A stretch of DNA of 64,000 bases from a virus (IMGVR_UViG_3300005076_000002:128001-192000), one strand, 5' to 3'. Positions 19,041 to 29,170 are shown, counted from the first letter of the stretch. Notes: generated by a model not told the origin, from the letters alone. Numbers and translations: made by a program.

Positions 19041-19942
19041 GTGGGAAATTCCATTTACGAAGCCAAGCGTACCACGAATACGCTGACCTCAGGTCGTATC
19101 CAGACCGCCAAGTTCTTTGGCGTTCCGGTAACGTATCTACGGTGAACGAAGTCTTGAAAGTGCTTGAGGGTCGTTACCCTGATGCCGACCAAGACCCGGA
19201 TACCAAGTACCTGATCTTGGGTAACAAGGGTCATGAAATTGATCTGACCGATGACGGTCCCGGTGCACCGGTACCGCTCGAACACTTGCCGACAGACGTA
19301 ATGCCGTGGGGGATCATTCCTCTGGTACTGCGTCCTGTTGACAAAGATCTGCCGGATGATGTTCGTGAGCGCTATGCGCTTCGTATCCTGGAAGAACACA
19401 ACGGTCTGCGCTACTGGGCGTATTACGCCAAGCGTTTGTCTCATCGTGGCAAGAAAACCCAAGACTATTTGGTCAAGGTTCGTGACGGGGTTAAAACCGT
19501 TACTGAATTCCGCTACGACGATACCAACCAGTATCCGGTACCGCCGAAGCTTCCTGATTACAACTACGATACCGTCTCTCAAGCGGTGTTGTCCGATGGT
19601 GATTACGTTTACTCGGCAATGACCATCAGTGTAGTGCTGGATCAGTTCGACATCGATGAACTTACCAACATGGCTCGTATCAAATACAAGTCGCCCCTCA
19701 AGGCAGTTATCTCTGAATTCTGCCTGGCGTCTGGTGTTGACATTATGACCCAAGGTGAGTCCATGGTCGGCTCTCCGTTCCAGTACCTGGAAGTGATCGC
19801 GTGCCAGATCAACGTGTTCATGACCACCTTTAACAACGCAGCGTTCTCCAACGGTCAGATTGCCTACGATATCCAAGTAGGTCAAACCGAACCGCTGCCG
19901 CTGTTGACCGGTGCCGTCAACCCCAATGTGGTAAATGTTTGA
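19041..19942 (+). CDS. virion structural protein (phiKZ gp139-like), with an apparent frame break at about 19135
   Basis: GAGGT RBS then GTG at 19041 (MGNSIYEAKRTTNTLTSGRIQTAKFFGVPVTY); continues in the -1 frame as STVNEVLK..., IPLVLRPVDKDL, YWAYYAKRL, AVISEFCLASGVD. Confidence 0.65.
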
Positions 19943-20594
19943 TTTAGCAGCAGCGCCGCCAAACTGTATCCGTGTTATGGGCATTGACCCCGGCACAGAT
20001 ACTCTCGGGATAGCCATCGTCGATTTCGATCTGGATACCAAGAAAGCGAAACTGATGTATGGCCATACGTTCCATGCATCAAAGTACGTTAACTACTATC
20101 CTGAGATGACGGCGGTTCGTGGTTCGAGGGACGTTCGATTGATGGTTCTTAGAAAGAAACTCATCGAAAGCTTCATGATGGCCGAACCCGATCTCATCGC
20201 TGCCGAATCACCATTTCTACAACGGGGCAAAGTCAGTGCCTTCGAAGCCCTTGTCGAATGTTACGCGATGATGCGTGATGCGGTATGGGCATATAGCTCG
20301 CAGATAACACTCCAACGCGTAGATCCGGTCACGGTAAAAAATTATGTTGGCGTAAGCCACAAAGGTACGGACAAGAGCGACGTACACAAAGCAGTGAATA
20401 GCATCTACCGCGAACACTGTGATGAATGCGTTGACCTTAGTACGTTTGATGAACACGCAAATGACGCCGTTGCGGTTTGTCATGTGATTGTACGTAATCG
20501 TCTCCTCGGCGAGGTCGTGGAATCCACTCGGAAAAAGAAGGCGAAGCGAAGGAGTAAAAATGAACGTAGAAGAGGTGCTAAAGCAGTCAGCTGA
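19935..20594 (+). CDS. ruvC: RuvC-like Holliday junction resolvase
   Basis: VMGIDPGTDTLGIA, IAAESPF and DEHANDAVAV acidic catalytic motifs. Confidence 0.85.
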   Translation: MFDLAAAPPNCIRVMGIDPGTDTLGIAIVDFDLDTKKAKLMYGHTFHASKYVNYYPEMTAVRGSRDVRLMVLRKKLIESFMMAEPDLIAAESPFLQRGKVSAFEALVECYAMMRDAVWAYSSQITLQRVDPVTVKNYVGVSHKGTDKSDVHKAVNSIYREHCDECVDLSTFDEHANDAVAVCHVIVRNRLLGEVVESTRKKKAKRRSKNERRRGAKAVS

Positions 20595-21057
20595 AAAAGC
20601 TTTGCGTAGTACGCCCGCAGGGGGCGTCATCGCGGATCAGCTCGAGGTACTCACAGGTACCAATGTCGACAGTGCGCTTACCGGGAAAGGTGTCAATGAG
20701 ATGCTGGAGTCTATTCCGGCCGACCTCAAGAAACGATTCCTCGGCCAGACCATTGACGACAAATTCGTCGCGTATAAATCGTGGAATGAACTCCGCGAAG
20801 CCATTGCCAACGACCCTGACGCCAAGAGCAAACAAAAGGCCTTGACCGCCATCACTTTCGTGATGATGTCCTTGACCATGTTCTTTGGTGGGGTTTTGGG
20901 GATGGAGTACGTTAAGAACGGCATCGTGCCCACCGCTGATCAGCTGCTGACCGTTTTTGGACCCCTGGGCCTCTCTCTTCTGCTTCAGTTTAGTTTCGGA
21001 CGTGAGATGGTGGCTAACGCCGCAATCGATTATCTGGCTAAACGTGTGGGCAAATAA
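20560..21057 (+). CDS. membrane protein with two predicted TM helices
   Basis: AAGGAG RBS before MNVEEVLK; hydrophobic stretches near the C-terminus. Confidence 0.7.
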   Translation: MNVEEVLKQSAEKALRSTPAGGVIADQLEVLTGTNVDSALTGKGVNEMLESIPADLKKRFLGQTIDDKFVAYKSWNELREAIANDPDAKSKQKALTAITFVMMSLTMFFGGVLGMEYVKNGIVPTADQLLTVFGPLGLSLLLQFSFGREMVANAAIDYLAKRVGK

Positions 21058-21065
21058 GCTACAGC

Positions 21066-21093
21066 GTGGTTGGGGAAACCCAACCACCTTTTT
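21066..21093 (+). terminator. intrinsic terminator
   Basis: GTGGTTGGG-GAAA-CCCAACCAC plus T run. Confidence 0.85.
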
Positions 21094-21142
21094 ATTTGTT
21101 TTTATTTACATCGCAGTTATTTTGTGAGCTGAGGAGAATGCC

Positions 21143-21616
21143 ATGCCTAACCAAGAAACTAATACCACCCTTTTCGATATCACGAAAATCTATCGTAAGT
21201 ATTCGCCGCACGAATTGTTACAAAAGGCCTCTGAACCGATCACGCCGGTCATAATCTACGAACTGTTCAAACTGCTCCATGCCAAGACCTCCCCAGAAAG
21301 TCGGACGTGGATGGCCGTATCATCTATACCAAAGTTTATTCTTCCACATCTCGCGCCGTACTTTGGCATCTATAGCGTAAGAGATCCCCTGGTAGAGCTC
21401 AAACGTCGATTGCCTATGGTGTACCGTGAGCTAGTACCACACATTGAGAACTTGTCGGTTATAGTGCGGGAGTATTATGAACAAGTCCCGTCTGACTTTC
21501 ACGACGGTACCTATCGTTTTGGTCTAACTGAAGTGCATACCAAGACGTGGGGCGTAAAACATTTCCTAATATACCAGCGCAACGTAGAGACGCTTAAATG
21601 GCCACAAAAGTTATAG
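21143..21616 (+). CDS. hypothetical protein
   Basis: GAGGAG RBS. Confidence 0.7.
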   Translation: MPNQETNTTLFDITKIYRKYSPHELLQKASEPITPVIIYELFKLLHAKTSPESRTWMAVSSIPKFILPHLAPYFGIYSVRDPLVELKRRLPMVYRELVPHIENLSVIVREYYEQVPSDFHDGTYRFGLTEVHTKTWGVKHFLIYQRNVETLKWPQKL

Positions 21617-22077
21617 AAGTAAATGGTGAGTATGTCGCTAAGTGGGGTTTGGAGCAATTCCTTAAAGAGCGCCCAGGTACTCGCGCATTTGTAGCTATCG
21701 ATGAGGAAGATGCGGTAGGTTCGCTTCTCTTCACGGATGGCTATATTACTCACATTCATGTGAGCGAGGATTATCGACGGGGCGGATTTGGTACTAAGCT
21801 GCTGGAGTACGCCGCCAACGTCATCGCCAAGGATAAGACACTTAAAGCCGTAGTGGGTGACCACAACCCTGACGCACAAGCGTTCTTCTTAAAGAACGGC
21901 TTCCGCTATGCTGGCCGCTCTGTATTGAATCGCAGTTCAGCGGCTCTTATGGAGAAACGTATCTTTATTGATCGTGGTACTGATCATGCAGATCGTGAGG
22001 TAATTCTCTCCACTGCGCTCGATGCAATGCTTCAGGCAATGTACACCGTAGAAGTTGCGCCCATCCACGTTAAATAG
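21598..22077 (+). CDS. GNAT-family acetyltransferase
   Basis: IHVSEDYRRGGFGTKLL (acetyl-CoA binding motif A) and NPDAQAFFLKNGF (motif B). Confidence 0.85.
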   Translation: MATKVIEVNGEYVAKWGLEQFLKERPGTRAFVAIDEEDAVGSLLFTDGYITHIHVSEDYRRGGFGTKLLEYAANVIAKDKTLKAVVGDHNPDAQAFFLKNGFRYAGRSVLNRSSAALMEKRIFIDRGTDHADREVILSTALDAMLQAMYTVEVAPIHVK

Positions 22078-22120
22078 CGAGTAGGGGGAAACCCCTACTC
22101 GTCTTATGCTGCCGGTCTAG

Positions 22121-22153
22121 TAAAAAACTTTTCAGATATATATTATCCTTGTG
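22121..22153 (+). promoter_or_regulatory. putative early promoter
   Basis: TTTCAGATATATATTATCCTTGTG just after the hairpin at 22078-22101. Confidence 0.65.
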
Positions 22154-22190
22154 CAGATCAATCTTAATCTGTGTTATCAGGAGTATAATA

Positions 22191-22367
22191 ATGAAAAACT
22201 TTGTGGCTTATCAAGGTAGTGGTGACAATCTCCACGACTGGTTTTACAGGAACGAGAATAGTGAGGTCATCGGTGCCTTTTCTTCTTGTGAAGAGTGTAC
22301 TGCGGCGGCGTATGCCGCTAAGCGCGAATACACCCGCCGTTCCAACGACGGCCCTAACCCCAACTAA
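22191..22367 (+). CDS. small hypothetical protein
   Basis: AGGAG RBS before MKNFVAY. Confidence 0.6.
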   Translation: MKNFVAYQGSGDNLHDWFYRNENSEVIGAFSSCEECTAAAYAAKREYTRRSNDGPNPN

Positions 22368-22414
22368 TCTACAGGGGACTATAAGTCCCCTCATTTCCCC
22401 ATTTAGGAGTTAAC

Positions 22415-22639
22415 ATGAAAATCGCAGATGTACGCAGTATTGTCTACTACCACACCAACTTCTTCCGCGTTAACGTATCGGTCACGCCCGAAGGTCTGCT
22501 GGTGATTACTGGCTATGACGGTAAAGGCGGTGAGCGCGACTTGCTCAAATACGGGATCAAAGCACGCAAGGCCTACATTGGCCGTCTCAGTGCCATTGGT
22601 CTGGACAAACACGAAGACGAGCTCCAAAAACTCATCTAA
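22415..22639 (+). CDS. small hypothetical protein
   Basis: AGGAG RBS. Confidence 0.7.
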   Translation: MKIADVRSIVYYHTNFFRVNVSVTPEGLLVITGYDGKGGERDLLKYGIKARKAYIGRLSAIGLDKHEDELQKLI

Positions 22640-22649
22640 GGAAGTTCCT

Positions 22650-23645
22650 ATGAAATACGTATCTATTGATGCAATGGTCCGCGCCGTCGGCGAGGAAGAA
22701 AACCTTCGCGCAGGTTGGACCAACCTTCATCTGGACCTGCGTACCATGCAGGAGAATACCGAGAAAGCCAAAGCAGAATTCATAGGCAATCTCAATCCGC
22801 GCATTGAGGCCATGCTTCAAGATAAGCAGGTCACCGTCATCGATGAAGATGACGTGTATGATGCCTGGAAAAGGCACGGTCTGTCAGTCCCTGGTAACGT
22901 CATGACTCCAATGGCCCTGACCACTCCAATGCCGGATGGCAGTCACGTTATCTTGTTTAACAACAAGGGGCTGCGTGATCAGGGGCCAGTCGAGTTGGAA
23001 CAAGTGACGGTGCATGAGATTACCCACCTTGACCAACTGGTTTCTGGTCGTCTGGTAATATCCGACAAAGAAGTGACCTGGGACGGTAAAGCCTACTGCT
23101 CCGCAACCCATATGCAGCAGACCCTGGTAGGCGAGGGTGTATTTGGTACTGCGTTCTTGCAGTGCTTACTGCCCTGGGAGTTGGAAGCGTATGAGGCCGC
23201 GTATAGCCACGCGGTTGAATATGATGTCGATTCGAGTAACCGTCGTCTTGGCGTGGTGCTGGCAGCAGCGCGAGCTTACCACAGGTGGCGAGAAAACGCC
23301 ATCGTCCCATGTTGTGACGTTACCTATGACAACCAGGTACTTTCGCCGTATGGTCAAACCAGAATGTCGATCGTACCGCGGGAGGTGCTGCGCAACGCGC
23401 TCCTTAGCGACGTAACGGACATGGCCCACGAACTTGGTCTGTCGGTGGATATCCTCGGCCGGGAAATTATGCATCCATTCCTGACCATGGATATGGAAGC
23501 TATCTTTCGCATAGTCTTGGGCTATGCACAGTTCGACAGTAAAACAACCGGCTTCTTCACCAAGTTCTTTAATGCCTTTACTAGCGACGTCTTCGACGAC
23601 CGTACCAACTGCATTATCCGCCAACTGGTGGATGCAGACAAATAA
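22650..23645 (+). CDS. putative zincin-like metallopeptidase
   Basis: VHEITHLDQ (HEXXH) plus downstream PWELEAY motif. Confidence 0.65.
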   Translation: MKYVSIDAMVRAVGEEENLRAGWTNLHLDLRTMQENTEKAKAEFIGNLNPRIEAMLQDKQVTVIDEDDVYDAWKRHGLSVPGNVMTPMALTTPMPDGSHVILFNNKGLRDQGPVELEQVTVHEITHLDQLVSGRLVISDKEVTWDGKAYCSATHMQQTLVGEGVFGTAFLQCLLPWELEAYEAAYSHAVEYDVDSSNRRLGVVLAAARAYHRWRENAIVPCCDVTYDNQVLSPYGQTRMSIVPREVLRNALLSDVTDMAHELGLSVDILGREIMHPFLTMDMEAIFRIVLGYAQFDSKTTGFFTKFFNAFTSDVFDDRTNCIIRQLVDADK

Positions 23646-23697
23646 GAAAGAGAGGGTCCTGCCCTCTTTTTTTTGTGTTTTGTCACTTTAGTTCCGA

Positions 23698-23742
23698 AAT
23701 ACTATGTAGCTATCACTACAACGTTGACTTAGGTCGGCGTCT
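23698..23742 (+). promoter_or_regulatory. putative late promoter (TATG) with 5' hairpins for the tail-gene cluster
   Basis: ACTATGTAG; GTAG/CTAC and ACGTTGAC-TTAG-GTCGGCGT stems follow. Confidence 0.4.
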
Positions 23743-23769
23743 CAATAATCAACGCTAAACGGTGGAAAC

Positions 23770-24570
23770 ATGTCGATTCTCGATATTACCCATGAGCGTT
23801 TTGTAAAGGCTGTTAACGTAGCCAATAACACTACGCTGACTTTAGCAGATGCTGTTTTTTCTCGCGCTCGGGAAAACGGCTCTGCTATCCATCCAGGCGA
23901 TTCCCTCATCCGCATCAAGTCACGCGATGACCGTAAACTGATCGGCAGTACGATCTGCGGCTACAACCGGATTAAGATTCCAGTGATCCACGCGGCGCTC
24001 GGCGGCGTCATTGCGTGTCCGGCCGAAGCCGTTACGTTGGCACAGATCATCCCCTACCTCTACATCAATTATGGTATTCGTACCAGCGCTGATGAGTTTG
24101 TGGATGCAAGTGCCGAAGATGCTGGCGAAGGTAATCGTAAGATTACCCTGACTGCCAAAGTCGACTCCGCTTTCTTCACGGAAAGTGCCGAGTTCTCGCT
24201 TGTCAATTGCCCTGCTGAAGATGTTGCTGTTTTCTATGACGGTAGTGCACACACTGAAGATGACGGCCGGTCCTTTGCCGAGACGTATAAATGGATTTTG
24301 AACGCAACTAGCGAGAAGGCTATCGTTAGCACTATCACTACTGCGACCGTCGACTTTAAGGCACTGTCTGAAGCACTGACGCGACTGACCGGCAATCAGT
24401 GGGAGTGGGAGAGCGCGGCCCAATATAGCCTCAAAGGGGCTGTCGTGCGCCGTGCCGGTCTCACCGACGCATTGTGGGGTACGAACAAGTCGTACGCCTA
24501 CGCCATCGTCGTAGAGCTGTCTTCGGCCTGTACTGGTCTTCAGGGCAACCTGTACATCCACTTCAACTGA
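23770..24570 (+). CDS. virion/tail-family protein (paralog of 26822)
   Basis: GYNRIKI N-module; C-terminal domain FAETY..LTGNQW..YSLKGAVV..TNKSYAYAIVVELSSACTGLQGNLYIHFN. Confidence 0.75.
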   Translation: MSILDITHERFVKAVNVANNTTLTLADAVFSRARENGSAIHPGDSLIRIKSRDDRKLIGSTICGYNRIKIPVIHAALGGVIACPAEAVTLAQIIPYLYINYGIRTSADEFVDASAEDAGEGNRKITLTAKVDSAFFTESAEFSLVNCPAEDVAVFYDGSAHTEDDGRSFAETYKWILNATSEKAIVSTITTATVDFKALSEALTRLTGNQWEWESAAQYSLKGAVVRRAGLTDALWGTNKSYAYAIVVELSSACTGLQGNLYIHFN

Positions 24571-24580
24571 GGATAAGAAC

Positions 24581-24934
24581 ATGGTTGATTTTGTTTACAC
24601 TCCTCAAGAAGACGCGGTCAATTATCTGTACAACATTGACTTTGCCTCTTCTAAAGAAGTGCTCGAGAGCATCGGCACTGAGCCCAATGAAGACCTTCAA
24701 ATCCTGCTCTCCGGCGTAGGCGGTCATCCTTGGGTACTCGAAGGTGTATCTGAATACAGCCTCGAGGGTGCTAAGCGTATCGCCAAAGGCGACGTGGCTA
24801 CGCTGCGTGCTGACGGCCTGCGCTGCTGTGACTGGTTTGAAGAGGTCTATGTATTTGCCCTTTCCGAATCCTGCACCGCACTCAAGGGCAACATCGTATT
24901 CCACTTAGGCCGCAAGGAGGTCGTGAATGAATAA
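24581..24934 (+). CDS. stand-alone copy of the tail-family C-terminal domain
   Basis: NYLYNIDF..GHPW..YSLEGA..LSESCTALKGNIVFH aligns by eye to the 23770 and 26822 C-termini. Confidence 0.7.
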   Translation: MVDFVYTPQEDAVNYLYNIDFASSKEVLESIGTEPNEDLQILLSGVGGHPWVLEGVSEYSLEGAKRIAKGDVATLRADGLRCCDWFEEVYVFALSESCTALKGNIVFHLGRKEVVNE

Positions 24935-25931
24935 CATGCGCGCCTTCAATGTCCCGCCGGTACGTGCCTTCTGGCAATTCGTACGCGAAGCTAACCCCGG
25001 TCAGCTGAAGTACATCCATCCTGAATATTATACTGTTGTGGGTATTCAGGATCTGGGTGCTACCGCAAACCCGAATACGCTGGTAACACTGCGCGGGGAC
25101 AACCTCAAAGTAACCGGCCAGACCAAGATGGCGTATAGCCGTCTGAACCCTAAGAACACGTTCAATAAGTTCGGCGACGTTCTCAAACGTCCTACCGTAC
25201 TCGTCCATTGGAAGAACGTTCCGGTCGGCGCTCAAGCCACTACAGTGGGTACGGTGATCGCCAGCCTTAACCGTTCGCTCGGTCTGGCTTTTGACACCAG
25301 CTCTACCCACAAAGACTTCGACGGTACCAAAGCAGTTACGTTGCCGGTCGACGGCGCCACTGTCGATGTAGACATTCCGGTGTCTATGGCTAACAGCCTT
25401 CGCTTCCGTCCCGATGCGACTAACCCTCTGAAGGTTAAACTGAAGATGGTTGGTTATGAGGTATTTGGCGCTGTCTACGGTCGCGATATCCGCCCACTGA
25501 TGGGTAGCGTGAATGCAATCCCTCTGAACAACGGCGGGCTCATCAACACCACCGACGGTAAGCGCAATGTCAACATGGCGCTCTACAACGTCGAGTTTGA
25601 CGATATCTTCTCTGGCCTGGTCTATGAGACAGACATCGCACCCCATGCCGACGCCACTGGGTTTGGCGGTCCTGTGAAGGATCTCATCAATGAACGTCTC
25701 ACCCAACTGGGTCTGGATGTTCAAATTACGGATAAGGTAGTTCTTGCAAATGGTGTTGCTCCGCAAGATATCTTCCTGGCTGCCCCGGACAAAACAGCCG
25801 GTGGTAACCCTCGCATGGCAGGCGGCATTGTCGTCGAACAGTCAGCCTTCTCCCAAGGCGTGACCAGTGCGGTTACAGGTAAGATTATTCTCCACCTGAG
25901 AAATAAAGGTTCCTGGGCCGATCCCAGTTAA
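24927..25931 (+). CDS. variable tail-protein paralog 1
   Basis: YSRLNPKNTFNKFGDVLKRP, LNRSLG, LYNVEFDDIF, INERLTQLG. Confidence 0.75.
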   Translation: MNNMRAFNVPPVRAFWQFVREANPGQLKYIHPEYYTVVGIQDLGATANPNTLVTLRGDNLKVTGQTKMAYSRLNPKNTFNKFGDVLKRPTVLVHWKNVPVGAQATTVGTVIASLNRSLGLAFDTSSTHKDFDGTKAVTLPVDGATVDVDIPVSMANSLRFRPDATNPLKVKLKMVGYEVFGAVYGRDIRPLMGSVNAIPLNNGGLINTTDGKRNVNMALYNVEFDDIFSGLVYETDIAPHADATGFGGPVKDLINERLTQLGLDVQITDKVVLANGVAPQDIFLAAPDKTAGGNPRMAGGIVVEQSAFSQGVTSAVTGKIILHLRNKGSWADPS

Positions 25932-25946
25932 TAACAGGAGTCAGTA

Positions 25947-26810
25947 ATGGCATACATTGTTGATTTTAACAAAGCGCCAGACACTCTCCTGCGTGAATTG
26001 ATCAACTACGAGAACTCGATTGACCTGACGGCCGATCAGATCACGTTTGTTAACTTACGCCCTGCAAATAAGCCTGGTTTCAACACCATGGTTGACGTGT
26101 GGTGGAAGTCGACTGCGGATATGGTAGGTAAGGTCACCGTTTCCTTTAACCGTATCGACCTCCCTAACCTGTTCAGTCTGGTTAAGTTGGCCGTGCGGGA
26201 AGTAGACATCAATACGCAGGACGGCCGGCCCGTACTTGACCAAGCGCTGTTTGATGAGATCAGACGGCGTTACAACATTACCTTTGCTATGGACGATTAC
26301 ACGTTCACGCCTGGAAAGGGAAAATGGGTCATGTCGGCCGGTGCAGATAACGTTGCCTACCAGGGCACTGTAGATCTGCTGATGGAAGCTTCACTGGCTT
26401 CACGTGCACCGAGCAATATTCTGGATGGCTTCTGGATTCTTCCGCCAGACGATATCGGTTATTTCTTGACCGAAGAGTACGTCGGTGATCCGTTCTATCC
26501 GGTGCAAATCCCACGTGGGATGATCAGTGCCGAGATGGTAACGCGCTCCATCGACTGTACCGATTTCAAATCGTTCCTGGCCCTTGATACCGTTAACAAC
26601 GTATTCAAGGCCGCGAGCTGGCCCACGCTGGTCAGCACTTACCTCGCTCCGCTTGGTATCCCGCCCTTCGAGAACGTTGGGCCGATTGTCGATCTCCCGA
26701 CCTCGAGCGTGCCTGGCTCGTTGCCTGGCTACAACCGAGTCGTGGTTATCGAGAACGTCGTATCAGAGACCATGGCAGGTCGCGCACTCTTCCATTACAA
26801 CACGATTTAA
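25947..26810 (+). CDS. virion/tail-family protein
   Basis: LRELINYEN, FNRIDLPNLFSLV, SLASR..LDGF (shared with 34286); ends ALFHYN. Confidence 0.75.
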   Translation: MAYIVDFNKAPDTLLRELINYENSIDLTADQITFVNLRPANKPGFNTMVDVWWKSTADMVGKVTVSFNRIDLPNLFSLVKLAVREVDINTQDGRPVLDQALFDEIRRRYNITFAMDDYTFTPGKGKWVMSAGADNVAYQGTVDLLMEASLASRAPSNILDGFWILPPDDIGYFLTEEYVGDPFYPVQIPRGMISAEMVTRSIDCTDFKSFLALDTVNNVFKAASWPTLVSTYLAPLGIPPFENVGPIVDLPTSSVPGSLPGYNRVVVIENVVSETMAGRALFHYNTI

Positions 26811-26821
26811 CGAGGTAACAA

Positions 26822-27691
26822 ATGGCAATTATGACTGCAACCCTGGCTGGTATCGTCACTGCGATCAACGCCAAGAACCCGACCCTGGGGCTGACCATGG
26901 CCGAAGCCACCTATTCCAAGCCGCGTGCTAACGACGATACTTGGGAAGGCGAGTTGCTCTCCGGCAACACCCTGATGCGTGTTACTCCGAACGAAACCTC
27001 CAAGTACAGCGGCACTACGCTGATCGGTTACGACCGTCTGGACGTAGGCGTGCTGGGTGCCCTGCTGGGCGGTAAGATCTCCCTGCCGGAGACTCTGACC
27101 AACTCCATCGAAGCTATCCCGTACTTCGATAGCCTCTATGCTATCCAGGCCCACCCGGAAGACTTCGAGCTGACCCAGCTGACCGACAACGGCGATGGTA
27201 CCCGTTCCATGGTGCTGACTGCCAAGGCTGATGCTATCGCGTGGCTGGGCGGTACTTCCACCACCTTCACCGTGCGTGCGGCTCCGGTACCGATCGCTAA
27301 CGTCATCACCACTACCGTACTGGATGGCTACAAGTACATCTCCGACAGCGTGAAGGGTTTCGCTGAAACCTATTCCTACCCGATCGACTTTACTGCCCAG
27401 TTCGATACGCTGTCCCTGATTACCGACCAGACCACCGACTTCACTGGTCTGGCTGCTGCCCTGGCCTCCGCCACTGGCGAAGCATGGGTTGCCTCCGGTG
27501 CTGGCAAGTTCACTCTGGAAGGGGCCGTAGTCACTCACGCCGGTATCAACGAAGAAGAGTGGCCGACCAACCAGTCCTACAAGTACGCAATCCTGGTACA
27601 GCTGGGCGCTGCCTGTGAAAACCTCGAAGGTACCATGGTGATCCACTACAACGATCCGGTTGAAACTTTCAACCCTGGCACCGTTGATTAA
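26822..27691 (+). CDS. virion/tail-family protein (paralog of 23770), likely abundant
   Basis: Strong codon bias; GYDRLDV; C-terminal domain ending MVIHYN. Confidence 0.8.
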   Translation: MAIMTATLAGIVTAINAKNPTLGLTMAEATYSKPRANDDTWEGELLSGNTLMRVTPNETSKYSGTTLIGYDRLDVGVLGALLGGKISLPETLTNSIEAIPYFDSLYAIQAHPEDFELTQLTDNGDGTRSMVLTAKADAIAWLGGTSTTFTVRAAPVPIANVITTTVLDGYKYISDSVKGFAETYSYPIDFTAQFDTLSLITDQTTDFTGLAAALASATGEAWVASGAGKFTLEGAVVTHAGINEEEWPTNQSYKYAILVQLGAACENLEGTMVIHYNDPVETFNPGTVD

Positions 27692-27721
27692 TCGCCTATC
27701 TCAATAACCTAGAAGGAAAGA

Positions 27722-28039
27722 ATGATGGCACAGCCTAAGCGCGCGTTTAACTACCTGTATCGTTACGACTTCACCAAACATGCTGAGTTCCTCAAGAGCC
27801 AGCCTGTTGGCGAACAGCCGTCCGACGAGCTGGTAGCATTGCTCAAAGAAACCACTGGCGATGACTGGAACAAGACTTCTCTGGAAGGCTTCTCCCTGGT
27901 CGACGCAGTTGTCGAGTACAACGGTCTGAATGACAAGACTTATAAGCTGACCAACAGCCGCTATAAGCACATCCTGACCATCAAACTCGGTAGCACCTGC
28001 ACCGAACTGCGTGATCGGATGTATTTCCATTACAACTGA
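27722..28039 (+). CDS. stand-alone copy of the tail-family C-terminal domain
   Basis: NYLYRYDFT..TGDDW..FSLVDAVV..TNSRYKHILTIKLGSTCTEL..MYFHYN. Confidence 0.75.
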   Translation: MMAQPKRAFNYLYRYDFTKHAEFLKSQPVGEQPSDELVALLKETTGDDWNKTSLEGFSLVDAVVEYNGLNDKTYKLTNSRYKHILTIKLGSTCTELRDRMYFHYN

Positions 28040-28070
28040 TTAACGGTTGCCAATCGTCTTTGATACCAAC

Positions 28071-28107
28071 GTTAGTAGCTGGCGCATGCCAGCTACTAAC
28101 TATTTTT
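28071..28107 (+). terminator. intrinsic terminator with long stem
   Basis: GTTAGTAGCTGGC-GCAT-GCCAGCTACTAAC plus TATTTTT. Confidence 0.8.
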
Positions 28108-28120
28108 AAAGGAGCACAAA

Positions 28121-29125
28121 ATGTTAACCGGTTCCACTAATCCCATCGATGACATCATTGCGATGGTAGCGACTGCTAACGGGAAACCCGAGCTCAAGCC
28201 CGGCATGCTTATTCCGTACAAGCTTGCCATTGCTTCCGACCCGACCGATGGTAATACGGTAATTAGCGTATATGGTAACCCCGACGCCGGCATCCAGGGA
28301 GCTATGCAGCTAAAGTATGATCGTCAAGAACTTACTCGTATTTATAACGAGTACGGCGACGTCACACGTAAGCCCGCAATTTCACTGTCTGGCCAGCCGG
28401 GTGGGAAAGTAAAGTTTTTTTCACTTCTGCCCCAAATTAAAGCAGCTCTGGGCGTAGAGATTATTACCGACGGCAGTTGGGCCGATGCTGGGGATTTTGA
28501 CATCACAATCCCCAATAAAGATCAATACCAGGAGTTCGCGATTGTTATTGCTGCGAATAGCTTGCAATACGTGCCTGGTAAAAACCCAGTATTGCGTTTG
28601 CTTAATACTGGGATAACCATTGGTACGGTTGCCATTGATCGTGTCCTTGAACCGTATCTGCGCGCAAACCGTACGCTTGTGTTGAATGGTCCAGCCTACA
28701 ACGTAGACACTGAACAACGTCTGATACCTGCAATAGTTTTACGTAGCCATGACTTCACTAACGTGTGTCTGCGGCCGCTTGGCGAAATCCTCCGTCGTCA
28801 CGACTTCTATGTCGCTAACCGTAACTGGACAAACTGGTACTTCCAAGACGCCTTCGTTGATAAGGTCAACGCAGCGCTGGCAGAGATTACCGGTGTTCCT
28901 GGTAACATGCCGAAGGGACAAGTCTTACGTTCTTGGGGTCCGGATCTTTATTACGATAACTTTACCCATGAAAAGGTCTGGGCAACGGTTGCAAAGGTAG
29001 CCACCGCATACAGTATCGAGAACGTTAACCGCAATATGTTTACGCATGCTTTGACGGTTAATATTCCCAACGCCGCCGGTTTCCTTGGCACGCAATTGTA
29101 TCTACCCTATAACCAGTTCAGCTGA
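28121..29125 (+). CDS. variable tail-protein paralog 2
   Basis: YDRQELTRIYNEYGDVTRKPAI, QIKAALG, HDFT; ends LYLPYN. Confidence 0.8.
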   Translation: MLTGSTNPIDDIIAMVATANGKPELKPGMLIPYKLAIASDPTDGNTVISVYGNPDAGIQGAMQLKYDRQELTRIYNEYGDVTRKPAISLSGQPGGKVKFFSLLPQIKAALGVEIITDGSWADAGDFDITIPNKDQYQEFAIVIAANSLQYVPGKNPVLRLLNTGITIGTVAIDRVLEPYLRANRTLVLNGPAYNVDTEQRLIPAIVLRSHDFTNVCLRPLGEILRRHDFYVANRNWTNWYFQDAFVDKVNAALAEITGVPGNMPKGQVLRSWGPDLYYDNFTHEKVWATVAKVATAYSIENVNRNMFTHALTVNIPNAAGFLGTQLYLPYNQFS

Positions 29126-29170
29126 TGAACTTAAGTTGGGGAGATCAAACATCATCATAGGGAGCTATGT

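Noticed and set aside
20560-21057. Holin call for the two-TM protein after RuvC
   Set aside because: No endolysin or spanin nearby in the window and no recognisable holin family motif
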